The notes beneath the pieces were generated by a model. The model was not told where the DNA came from, searched no databases, and saw only the letters and a program-made list of their open reading frames with translations. A stretch of 63,373 bases of DNA, the filler included, from an uncultured Clostridia bacterium (GTDB taxonomy: Bacteria > CAYTYR01 > UBA6262), in NCBI GenBank assembly GCA_964441745.1. It is 3 parts of 3 records of this genome, joined end to end, with 100 filler letters (N's around TTAATTAATTAA, not from the genome) between each part and the next. Parts side by side here need not be neighbours in the genome. Positions count along the whole stretch, not along the records: positions 27,522 to 54,436 come from CAYTYR010000022.1; positions 54,537 to 63,373 come from CAYTYR010000035.1; 1 more part is not named here. One strand, written 5' to 3'. Position numbers and translations under genes: made by a program. Positions 49,810 to 58,268 of the stretch are shown here, one piece after another; within the stretch, counting starts at the first letter, position 1; each line of letters opens with the position of its first letter.

Positions 49810-51564
49810 TTGAAAGTAACAGCCATTAAAGCCCTACTACAGTATCTGGAGCAGGAACGAGTGAGGTACATATTCGGTATCCCCGGCGGGCCGTTAATGC
49901 CGCTGTATGATACTTTGTATGATACGCCGAATATCATTCCTATTCTGGCCAAACATGAAGAGGGTGCCGCTTTTATGGCTAATGGTTATGCCCGGGTGAG
50001 CGGCGAATTAGGTGTCTGTTGCGCCACTACTGGCCCGGGGACTACAAACTTATTTACCGGTACGGCAGTATGTTATACTGACTCCGTACCTGTTTTGTTT
50101 ATTACCGCCCAGGTCGCCACGGCTGCTTTTGGCAAAGGAGCCTTCCAGGAAACCACCAGTCACACTATTAATGTTGTAGAAATGATGCGCTATGTTACCA
50201 AGTTCAGCGCGATGCCCACCGATGAGCATAAAATACCTGAGCTGGTCAAAGCGGCTATCCGTAGCGCCTTAACCGGCGCTCCCGGTCCCGTCCATATTAA
50301 TATTCCCGCTAATTTTATGACCAAAGAAATTAGTCATGAACTGGTTCCCGGTGATCATTATCATGTCCGTAATCATTCCTTTGACCGCATAGCGGTAAAA
50401 GAAGCTGCCCGCTATTTATTGCAGGCGCAGCGGCCAGCCATGTTGATCGGTAATGGCGTCAATATTGCCCGCGCCAACCAGGAAGTGCGTGACTTGGCTG
50501 AACGTTTAATAATACCAGTCGCTACGACCCCTAAAGGCAAGAGCGCGTTCCCGGAGAATCATTTACTTTCGCTGGGAGTGTTCGGCTTTGGCGGCACCCC
50601 GCTGGCAGATAAATATTTATTAAGTGAAGATGTTGATGTCCTGCTCTGTATTGGCACCAGCCTGGGGGAAGTATCCACTCATGCCTGGGACCAGCGCTTG
50701 AATCCCCGCTTGGCTCTGATTCAGGTGGATATCGACGCTGAACAGCTGGGTAAAAATTATCCGGTCACGGTTGGTATTACCGGGGATGCTAAGGCGGCCC
50801 TGGCTGAAATCCTCTACCAGATTAACCGCGACTTGAAGTGGCTCACGTATACTCCCCGCATTAGCGCCAAGGATATTTATTTTTTCAAAAAACAGTATCA
50901 AACATTCATCAATGAAGAAAAGATGTATGCTGAAGAGATGCCGCTTAAACCGCAACGGCTGATCAAGGATCTCCGCGATAGTCTGCCGATTGATGCCATT
51001 GTCTTCTGTGATATCGGAAACCATTTAGCCTGGGCCATTCATTATTTTCAAACCTATTTACCGCAGACTTTCTTCCATAATTTTGATTTTGGGGCCATGG
51101 GCTATGCTACTGCCGCGGCTATCGGCGGTAAGCTGGCCGCTCCTAACCGACCGGTGATTTCTATTATCGGCGATGGCTGTTTTGCGATGAACGGAATGGA
51201 AGTAGCGACAGCGGTGAATTACAATATCCCGGTCATTTGGGTTGTCTTTAACGATGCCCGCCTGGGCATGGTTTATCACGGGCAACAGCTCCAGTTTAAG
51301 GAGCGTTATCTGGCTTCTACTTTCCAGAGAATGGATATCGCCAGGATCGCGGAAAGTCTCGGGGCCCAGGGGATTAAGGTAGAACGGCCAGGGGAATTAA
51401 AGCAGATTATGCCGCAAGTGCTGACTGCCAATAAACCGACGGTAATTGATTGTACGATAGATGCCGAGGAAATTCCGCCAATACAATCGCGGATCCAAGC
51501 GCTCAATCGATTCTTTGGGCGTAATCCGACTGGAGAGAGGGTCCATGGCAAAAAAGATTTTTAG
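49810..51564 (+). CDS. Orphan ThDP-dependent acetolactate-synthase-like enzyme
   Basis: FGIPGG, KHEEGAAFMA.GYAR, TTGPG, AFQE, GDGCFAMNG...FND. TTG start; no ilvN/ilvC nearby. Confidence 0.88.
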   Translation: MKVTAIKALLQYLEQERVRYIFGIPGGPLMPLYDTLYDTPNIIPILAKHEEGAAFMANGYARVSGELGVCCATTGPGTTNLFTGTAVCYTDSVPVLFITAQVATAAFGKGAFQETTSHTINVVEMMRYVTKFSAMPTDEHKIPELVKAAIRSALTGAPGPVHINIPANFMTKEISHELVPGDHYHVRNHSFDRIAVKEAARYLLQAQRPAMLIGNGVNIARANQEVRDLAERLIIPVATTPKGKSAFPENHLLSLGVFGFGGTPLADKYLLSEDVDVLLCIGTSLGEVSTHAWDQRLNPRLALIQVDIDAEQLGKNYPVTVGITGDAKAALAEILYQINRDLKWLTYTPRISAKDIYFFKKQYQTFINEEKMYAEEMPLKPQRLIKDLRDSLPIDAIVFCDIGNHLAWAIHYFQTYLPQTFFHNFDFGAMGYATAAAIGGKLAAPNRPVISIIGDGCFAMNGMEVATAVNYNIPVIWVVFNDARLGMVYHGQQLQFKERYLASTFQRMDIARIAESLGAQGIKVERPGELKQIMPQVLTANKPTVIDCTIDAEEIPPIQSRIQALNRFFGRNPTGERVHGKKDF

Positions 51565-53203
51565 GATGAAATCTTTGTTTGACAAGATCGTTTTTGGATT
51601 GAGCCCGGTGTTAGTCTTGGCTTTAGTATTAATGGGTATCCTCAACTATGATATTGCCAAAAATTTTATCTTTTTGTCTATTGGCAATTTATACCCGACC
51701 GTTCCGGTAAAGCTGCTGGTGCTCTCCTCTATCCTGGCTATCTCCAGTGCCGGCGTGATCGGGATGTTTATCGTGACGCGGAGGATCCTGAAGCCCTTGT
51801 ATGACTTGCTCCGGAATATCCAGCTGATCAAACAGGGTATTCCAGAACCGCTGATCGAGATCAGGTCTCATGATGAGATCCGTAAGATTGCCAATACGCT
51901 CAATGAGATGACTGCGGAACTAAAACAAAATCTCGGCAAGCTCCAGCAAAAAATGGATCATATCGCTGCCCTGCATGAGTTGAGCGAGGCCTCTTCGAAG
52001 CGGCTGGACGAAGAAAAAATATTACGTATCGCCTTGTCTACTGGCATTAAAGGGCTTGGTTTTGAACGTGGTGTGCTATATATGGTTAATCCAGAGGAAC
52101 AGGTGATTGAAGGCCGCCTGAGCGTAGGCATGACTGATTTTGTCAGTGAGCGGGAGATTCAAAAACGACGGGTGCCTTTATACGGTCCCGATATTCTCAG
52201 TGATGTAGTAAGGCATAATCGTTCATACAATGTTGTTGACCCGCCTCATGATGTCCGCTGTAACCGGCAGTTCATGAGCGAAACCAAGACCAAGGCTTTT
52301 TGCCTGGTGCCGATCAGGACCAGCGAAAAAGTGATCGGTATGTTCTCGGCCGATAATTATTTCAGTTCTAATCCGATCCGTGATGAGCAGGTGGGAAATT
52401 TGGCTACCTTTGCCAACACTGCCGGCCTGGCGGTGGAAAATGTGCGGCTTTATAATGAACTGCAAAACCGGTATGAAGAGTTAAAAATACTGGACAAATT
52501 AAAGGCTAATTTTGTGGCTAACATCACTCATGAATTACGGACGCCGCTGACCCCGGTCAAAGGATATGTAGATGCTCTGGCTGACGGCACTTTGGGCGCT
52601 TTGCCCGCAGAGCAGCTAAAAGCCCTGAACATCGTCAGGGAAAATGTCAATGCCGTTGTTAGCCGGGTCAACCAATTAGTGGATTTTGCTTTAGTTGAGC
52701 AGAAAGAACTCAAGAGTGAACTACAGCCTTTTGACCTGGTAAAATTGATTCAGCTCTGCGCTGACAAAATAGAAGATGAAGCAGAAGAAAAGGGGTTGAA
52801 GGTTTATCGCTTTCTGCCGGAGAGCCTGCCGGCAGTAAACGGCGACCCGGAACAAATTGAAAAAGTGTTGAACAGTTTATTGCATAATGCGGTCAAGTTC
52901 ACGCTGGAAGGGTATATCGCGCTGAAAGTGCAACTCCAGGACAACCTGGCCAAGATCGAGATCACCGATACAGGCATTGGTATATCCGGAGAGGAAACAG
53001 ATAAAATATTTGAGAAATTCTACCAGGTGGACGGCAGTACTGCCCGCAAGCATGGTGGTATGGGTATTGGGCTGTCCCTGGTGAAAGGTATTTTGGAAGA
53101 ACATAATTCCAGCGTCGAGGTCAGCTCTAAAGTAGGAGAAGGGTCTACCTTTACCTTCACTTTGCCTGTCGCGCCGGATGATCTCAAGCAAAAAGCACAT
53201 TAA
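51545..53203 (+). CDS. Sensor histidine kinase (2 TM, HAMP, GAF, HisKA, HATPase_c)
   Basis: DEI..IA..LNEM (HAMP), THELRTPL, HNAVKFT, DTGIGI, FEKFYQ, GMGIGLS. ATG 51545 follows GGAGAGAGG and overlaps the upstream gene by 20 bp. Confidence 0.92.
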   Translation: MAKKIFRMKSLFDKIVFGLSPVLVLALVLMGILNYDIAKNFIFLSIGNLYPTVPVKLLVLSSILAISSAGVIGMFIVTRRILKPLYDLLRNIQLIKQGIPEPLIEIRSHDEIRKIANTLNEMTAELKQNLGKLQQKMDHIAALHELSEASSKRLDEEKILRIALSTGIKGLGFERGVLYMVNPEEQVIEGRLSVGMTDFVSEREIQKRRVPLYGPDILSDVVRHNRSYNVVDPPHDVRCNRQFMSETKTKAFCLVPIRTSEKVIGMFSADNYFSSNPIRDEQVGNLATFANTAGLAVENVRLYNELQNRYEELKILDKLKANFVANITHELRTPLTPVKGYVDALADGTLGALPAEQLKALNIVRENVNAVVSRVNQLVDFALVEQKELKSELQPFDLVKLIQLCADKIEDEAEEKGLKVYRFLPESLPAVNGDPEQIEKVLNSLLHNAVKFTLEGYIALKVQLQDNLAKIEITDTGIGISGEETDKIFEKFYQVDGSTARKHGGMGIGLSLVKGILEEHNSSVEVSSKVGEGSTFTFTLPVAPDDLKQKAH

Positions 53204-53300
53204 AGATATTGAGTCCTTAAAAAGAGGTCTTAGCAGCAGGCAAAGGACCCTGTTTATCGGGAAGCGTATTGGGGTCAGGGCTAAACTATCAACAAAGTGC

Positions 53301-53329
53301 TTGACCGTTGAAAGTGGAGATGATAAAAT
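53301..53329 (+). promoter_or_regulatory. Sigma70 promoter of the transposase (probably a leaderless transcript)
   Basis: TTGACC-17-TAAAAT with an extended TG; only 6 nt separate the -10 from the ATG, and there is no SD. Confidence 0.6.
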
Positions 53330-53335
53330 CGCCGT

Positions 53336-54331
53336 ATGTCGAGACCACTCAGGATAGAATACGCAGGAGCGATATATCATATTACCAGCCGCGGAATAGA
53401 CCGGCGCGAGATCTTTCGGGATGCTAAGGATTATGAGCATTTTGTACAATTATTGAAAGAGGGAGCTGATTTTTATAAAGTGGAAGTGCTGGCATATTGT
53501 TTAATGCCGAATCACTTCCATTTTTTATTAAGTACCAAGAAGCCGAATCTCAGCCGTTTTATGCAGCGGATGAATACAGCGTATACCCGGTATTTTAACT
53601 ATAAATACAAGCGGGTAGGCCCCTTAATGCAGGGCCGGTATAAAGCGTTGCTGGTAGGGAGTCCTGAATACATAGTGACCCTGAGTAGATATATCTATTT
53701 AAACCCGGTAAAAGTTAAGCTGGTAGCCAAAAAGAGCCAGGTTGACCAGGAATTGCTGTTAAAAGGGTATAAGTGGAGCAGTTATGCCGGGGTACTTAAC
53801 CCAAAGAAGCGGTCGCGATATTTCCAATGTGAACGAGTACTGGAATTTATCGGCGGGGACAATGAAGCTGGCCGGAAAAGATATGAAGCTTATGTGCTGG
53901 CAGGCATAAGCACAACAGAAAACCCCATGAGTGGCGTTAAGAGCCAATTTCTGCTGGGCTCTGAAGAATTCATTAAGCAGATTAAAGAGGTTTACCTTAA
54001 AGGGCAGGATTTAAGACAATTTAATCCAAAAGTTCGGGAGATAAGGCAGGCAGCAATCGCCGAAATAGCCGGGAAAGTAGCGGCAGAATATGGAGTAGAT
54101 CCGGCAGAGCTGCTTAAGGCTCGCTCAAAGCACAAAGAAGCTCGAAAGGTATTAATCGAGCTCAGTTACCGGATATGCCTAGAGCATAAGACCTTAAGAG
54201 AGATAGGAAGAGAACTTGGAGGGATCAGTGGTGCGGGAATAGGACTGGCGCATACAAGACTGAAAGAAGAGATCAAGAAGGATAGAGGATTAGAAGAAAA
54301 GATCGCAAAAATAGCGGCTGTAATATGTTGA
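53336..54331 (+). CDS. REP-associated tyrosine transposase-like protein (Y1/HUH) with a C-terminal DnaA-C-like HTH
   Basis: MSRPLRIEY.GA.YHITSRG, YCLMPNHFH (HUH), QGRYK, RYIYLNP (catalytic Tyr), YKWSSY, C-terminal VAAEYGV...LREIGRELGG. Confidence 0.9.
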   Translation: MSRPLRIEYAGAIYHITSRGIDRREIFRDAKDYEHFVQLLKEGADFYKVEVLAYCLMPNHFHFLLSTKKPNLSRFMQRMNTAYTRYFNYKYKRVGPLMQGRYKALLVGSPEYIVTLSRYIYLNPVKVKLVAKKSQVDQELLLKGYKWSSYAGVLNPKKRSRYFQCERVLEFIGGDNEAGRKRYEAYVLAGISTTENPMSGVKSQFLLGSEEFIKQIKEVYLKGQDLRQFNPKVREIRQAAIAEIAGKVAAEYGVDPAELLKARSKHKEARKVLIELSYRICLEHKTLREIGRELGGISGAGIGLAHTRLKEEIKKDRGLEEKIAKIAAVIC

Positions 54332-54436
54332 TAGTTTAGCCCTGACCCCAATACGTTTGCAGACTGACCCCAATACGTTTGCAGAAGCCATAAGGTAAAA
54401 AGCCGTTGACAGGAGCCAGGAGGCATGCTATTAATA

Positions 54437-54536
54437 NNNNNNNNNNNNNNNNNNNNNNNNNNNNNNNNNNNNNNNNNNNNTTAATTAATTAANNNNNNNN
54501 NNNNNNNNNNNNNNNNNNNNNNNNNNNNNNNNNNNN
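54437..54536. other. Artificial contig linker
   Basis: N44-TTAATTAATTAA-N44. Confidence 0.97.
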
Positions 54537-54565
54537 AATTCCTAGAATATTTGGAGGAATTGGGT

Positions 54566-55063
54566 ATGAAGAAAGTATCTAAAATATCAAAAAAAGAATT
54601 AAGAGACGTTGCAGATGTTATTTATAACATAAGAAGAAAAGAGCCTTACATATCGATAGGGAATAGGCCTGTATTTGAAACATTATCAAGTTACTTCAAA
54701 ATACTTGATGATATTAAAGATAAAAGCAAACAGGATGAATCTTTAAAGAATAAAATTGGAAAAAACTTCCAGTTTAAGCCCTGGGTGAGTTATTATTGGG
54801 GAAAAGAATGGAAAGATGGAGAGCCAAAAGATTTATTTGTTTGCGCTGATATAACGCTTAAGAAACCAGTTAATAATATTGCGTCGATTGGTACTGGAAT
54901 ACGTTTTGATGTCAAAAAGAAAGGTAGATATAATGTCATCACTTATTGTCAAGAAGAAAATAGCGAAGATTTTAAACATTCCGAATATTATAAGGAAATT
55001 AATATAGAATATGTTGACGATACAGTTACTCTTTGGAAGAAATGGCTATGGGAAAAACAATAA
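54566..55063 (+). CDS. Hypothetical AT-rich protein
   Basis: GGAGG SD before ATG 54566; TAATG stop/start coupling to nadC; no recognised motif. Confidence 0.55.
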   Translation: MKKVSKISKKELRDVADVIYNIRRKEPYISIGNRPVFETLSSYFKILDDIKDKSKQDESLKNKIGKNFQFKPWVSYYWGKEWKDGEPKDLFVCADITLKKPVNNIASIGTGIRFDVKKKGRYNVITYCQEENSEDFKHSEYYKEINIEYVDDTVTLWKKWLWEKQ

Positions 55064-55881
55064 TGGACCGAATAATCAGGGAAGCATTAAAAGAGGATAT
55101 CGGCAGAGGGGATATTACCAGTAATTTATTGATCCGTGACCAAACAGTAAAAGCTGTATTGCTGGCCAAAGAAAATGGTATTTTCTGCGGCAATAATATT
55201 GCCCGGCAGATATTCAGCGCGTATAAAATAAAAAATACTTTTATAGCCAGAGATGGGCAGAAAATTCACCGGGGACAAGTCTTGGCCAAATTTAGCGGCC
55301 AGGCCGGAAAGATCCTGAAAATAGAGCGGACTTTGCTTAATTTCCTGCAGCGGTTGTCCGGTATAGCTACTTTGACTAACGAGTTTGCGCAAGCCGTAAA
55401 ACCGCACCGGACCAAGATCCTGGATACGCGAAAAACCACACCTGGTTTGCGGCGGCTGGAAAAACATGCCGTAGCCTGTGGCGGAGGAACTAATCACCGT
55501 ATCGGTTTAGATGATATGATATTGGTGAAGGATAACCATATTAAAATCGCTAATGGCATATGGCCTATAGCTAATGGCTTAAAGAAAAAACCTAAGAATA
55601 TCAAAGTTGAGATTGAAGCAGATACATTGGCGCAGGTGAAAGAAATAATAACAGCGCGGATCGCTGATATTATCCTGTTGGATAATATGAGTATAGCGAC
55701 CCTGAAAAAGGCGATCAAATATATCCGCCAAGCAAGTCCGCGCACCTTGATCGAGATCTCCGGCGGGGTCACGCTTAAAAATGTCAAGCAATATGCCAAG
55801 CTGGGAGTAGACCGCATTTCTATCGGCGCTCTTACTCATTCAGCAAAGGCGTTGGATATCAGTCTGGAAATAGTACAATAA
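55063..55881 (+). CDS. nadC: Nicotinate-nucleotide pyrophosphorylase (quinolinate phosphoribosyltransferase)
   Basis: EDIGRGDIT, ER..LN.LQRLSGIAT, DTRKTTPG, KDNH, LLDNM, SGG, ISIGALTHSA..LDISL. Confidence 0.96.
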   Translation: MDRIIREALKEDIGRGDITSNLLIRDQTVKAVLLAKENGIFCGNNIARQIFSAYKIKNTFIARDGQKIHRGQVLAKFSGQAGKILKIERTLLNFLQRLSGIATLTNEFAQAVKPHRTKILDTRKTTPGLRRLEKHAVACGGGTNHRIGLDDMILVKDNHIKIANGIWPIANGLKKKPKNIKVEIEADTLAQVKEIITARIADIILLDNMSIATLKKAIKYIRQASPRTLIEISGGVTLKNVKQYAKLGVDRISIGALTHSAKALDISLEIVQ

Positions 55882-55900
55882 TAGTCTTGTGGGAGTAGCC

Positions 55901-56890
55901 ATGCAGGATGACATATTAGGATTGCTGAGAAAACAGACTGGCAGTTATATGAGCGGTGAAACAATGGCCAGGAAACTGGGCGTTTCCCGTATTGCTGTTT
56001 GGAAGCAGATACAATCGCTGAAAAGGCACGGGTATGATATCACTGCCCTGAAAAAAAACGGCTATATCCTGCACTCCAGTCCTGATCTGCTGCTGCCAGC
56101 GGAAATAAAGGCTGGTTTAAAGAACAAGATATTTTGCTCCAAAATCTATTATTTTCCCAGTATTGATTCGACCAATAATTTTGCTAAAAAAATGGCCCAG
56201 GCTGGCGTACCCGAAGGGATAGTAGTTTTGGCAGAAACACAAACACAGGGCAAGGGCCGGTTGGGAAGAACCTGGTTTTCCCCGGCTGGGGGCAGTATTT
56301 GTTTTAGCCTGGTCTTGCGGCCGGAAGTGTTGCCGGTATATGCCCAGCGCATTACCTTGCTGGCTGGCGTAGCTGTCGCCGTTGCGATCAAAAAAGTATG
56401 CGGCGCGGAAGTGCGGCTGAAATGGCCCAATGACCTGGTGATAGCCAGTAAAGGGACCTGGCTCAAAGTCGGCGGTATATTGACCGAAATGGGGGCAGAA
56501 AGCGACCGGATTAATTACCTGGTGACCGGGATTGGTTTAAATGTCAATCTAGACAAAAATAGCTTTCCCGCAGAGTTGCGTTCCAAGGTAACTAGTTTAA
56601 AAGCGCAAGATCCTGAAAATCTGCCAGTAGTAAGAGTAAAACTTTTACAGCAGGTATTAATGGAGTTGGAGCAGTATTACCAGCGTTTCCTGAAGGGTGA
56701 ATGGGAAAAAATTATTCATGAGTACAAAAGTCTTGATATGTTGACCGGCAAAACTATCAAGATCAAGCAAGGGAATGAAATTCTTGCCGGGAAAGTCATG
56801 GAAATAGACGCTGACGGCCGTTTGGTGCTAAAAGCAAAAAATAAGGTGATCCGGGTCATTGCCGGAGAAGTAACAATAAACAAATTCTAA
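55901..56890 (+). CDS. birA: Bifunctional biotin ligase / repressor
   Basis: N-terminal HTH (SGE.MA..LGVSR.AVWK), DSTN, QT.GKGRLGR.W, KWPND, KVGGIL.E. Confidence 0.95.
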   Translation: MQDDILGLLRKQTGSYMSGETMARKLGVSRIAVWKQIQSLKRHGYDITALKKNGYILHSSPDLLLPAEIKAGLKNKIFCSKIYYFPSIDSTNNFAKKMAQAGVPEGIVVLAETQTQGKGRLGRTWFSPAGGSICFSLVLRPEVLPVYAQRITLLAGVAVAVAIKKVCGAEVRLKWPNDLVIASKGTWLKVGGILTEMGAESDRINYLVTGIGLNVNLDKNSFPAELRSKVTSLKAQDPENLPVVRVKLLQQVLMELEQYYQRFLKGEWEKIIHEYKSLDMLTGKTIKIKQGNEILAGKVMEIDADGRLVLKAKNKVIRVIAGEVTINKF

Positions 56891-57065
56891 GCACGAAACT
56901 CTAAATACTCCCCTGCTGATTTGTCCTAAGGGACAAATCAAAGACGCGGGGACAGGTAAACAATATCAAATGACCAAAGTATAAATATCCAAAACACAGA
57001 TGTTTAGAATTTTGAATTTAGATATTTGAGCTTGTTTAGAATTTAGATATTAGAATTTAGTATTT
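56882..57065. repeat. Composite palindromic element, copy 2 (nested hairpin at 56908-56960)
   Basis: Homologous to 33831-34003. Left arm aaattctaagcacgaaactctaaa..caatatcaaat pairs with right arm atttgagcttgtttagaatttagatattagaattt. Confidence 0.85.
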
Positions 57066-57075
57066 GGAGTCAGTT

Positions 57076-57888
57076 ATGTTATTAGCAATAGATATCGGCA
57101 ATACTAATGTGGTAGTGGGTATCTTCCGGGCGAAAACACTGGTAGCCAGCTGGAGATTTACCACTGATCACCGGCGGACCGATGATGAATATGGTTTAGA
57201 ACTGACCGGATTAATCAAGGCCACATTGCCGGCCGGGAACAGGGAAATAACCGGCGCGATTATCGCCAGCGTTGTGCCCAGTTTGACCGAGGTCTGGGTT
57301 CAAGTGTGCCGGAAATATGTCCAGAATAAGGCGATAGTGGTTGAGCCCAGAAAAGTACCTATGCCGATCTTATATGACGTCCCGGGAGAAGTAGGAACGG
57401 ACCGGATAGTTAATGCCTTGGCCGCCTGGGAGCTCTATCATAAAAAAGGGGAGCCATTGATCATTGTGGATTTTGGTACAGCGACTACCTTTGATGTGGT
57501 TTCGAAGAACGGGGAATACCTGGGTGGAGCTATTGCTCCGGGTATCGGGATCTCCTGTGAAGCCTTATTTAAGAGAACTGCCAAGTTGCCCAAGGTAGAG
57601 CTGGTTAAACCAGCTCAGTGCCTGGGTAAAAATACAGTGCATAGTATGCAGGCGGGGTTGGTATTTGGTTTCCTGGGCCAGGTAAAAGAGATCCTGAAGC
57701 AACTTAAGAAAGAGATCAAAGGCCGTCCAGTCATTGTCGGCACCGGCGGATTAGTAAATTTGATCCAGAACGCGGAAAAATTATTTGATAAGGTCAATCA
57801 AAACCTGACCTTGATCGGATTAAGGATGATCCATGAAACAATCATTTCACCAAAAAAGAAGCCCATTTTCAGATCTGGTCGGCATTAA
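57076..57888 (+). CDS. coaX: Type III pantothenate kinase
   Basis: IDIGNTN, SVVP, GTDR, VDFGTATTFD, GGAIAPG, TGG; follows birA. Confidence 0.95.
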   Translation: MLLAIDIGNTNVVVGIFRAKTLVASWRFTTDHRRTDDEYGLELTGLIKATLPAGNREITGAIIASVVPSLTEVWVQVCRKYVQNKAIVVEPRKVPMPILYDVPGEVGTDRIVNALAAWELYHKKGEPLIIVDFGTATTFDVVSKNGEYLGGAIAPGIGISCEALFKRTAKLPKVELVKPAQCLGKNTVHSMQAGLVFGFLGQVKEILKQLKKEIKGRPVIVGTGGLVNLIQNAEKLFDKVNQNLTLIGLRMIHETIISPKKKPIFRSGRH

Positions 57889-58210
57889 GACCGCTATTCA
57901 GGGAAAAAGCTACAAATTAAAGATTGGGCCGCGGCACCTGAACTCTAATGGTTCAGCGCACGGCGGAGCGATCTTTACCTTGGCGGACCGGGCTTTTGCC
58001 CAGGCCGTGAATACCAAGGGGCGAGTAGCCGTAGCCATGGAAATGAAGATCAATTACCTGTCGCCGGTATTTGCCGGAGAGGTCATAGAAGCCCGGGCCA
58101 GAAATATCAAAGAGGGCCGGAAAACCACCGTGTCGCTGATCGAGATCTGGCGGAAAAAGGAATTGGTGGCGCTGGTACTGGCCACTGCCTTCAATATAAA
58201 ACACGAGTAA
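57833..58210 (+). CDS. PaaI-family hot-dog thioesterase
   Basis: HLNSNGSAHGGAIFTLAD, INYL.P. Confidence 0.88.
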   Translation: MKQSFHQKRSPFSDLVGIKTAIQGKSYKLKIGPRHLNSNGSAHGGAIFTLADRAFAQAVNTKGRVAVAMEMKINYLSPVFAGEVIEARARNIKEGRKTTVSLIEIWRKKELVALVLATAFNIKHE

Positions 58211-58257
58211 CACGATAAAGTACGAATAACACTAATGCCTGCCTGCCGGTAGGCAGG
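58200..58257. repeat. About 9-bp tandem array followed by a 20-bp REP-like palindrome
   Basis: aacacgagt-aacacgata-aagtacgaat-aacactaat, then cctgcctgccggtaggcagg. Confidence 0.7.
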
Positions 58258-58268
58258 ACAGCGAGAGT

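Larger units (their letters stand above)
53265..54385 (+). mobile_element. RAYT/Y1-transposase element with perfect 30-bp terminal inverted repeats and a 22-bp terminal tandem duplication
   Basis: cgtattggggtcagggctaaactatcaaca (53265-53294) is the exact reverse complement of 54326-54355. ctgaccccaatacgtttgcaga occurs twice (54342-54385). Confidence 0.8.

Noticed and set aside
54342-54385. Tandem 22-mers and family A doublets as a possible CRISPR array
   Set aside because: Only two units, no spacers of CRISPR length and no cas genes.
53261-54388. GAAGC on both sides of the RAYT element as a target-site duplication
   Set aside because: Only 5 bp, it overlaps the IR and tandem unit, and HUH transposases are not known to make TSDs; may be chance.
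55063-58210. nadC-birA-coaX cluster as a novelty
   Set aside because: A common cofactor-gene arrangement.
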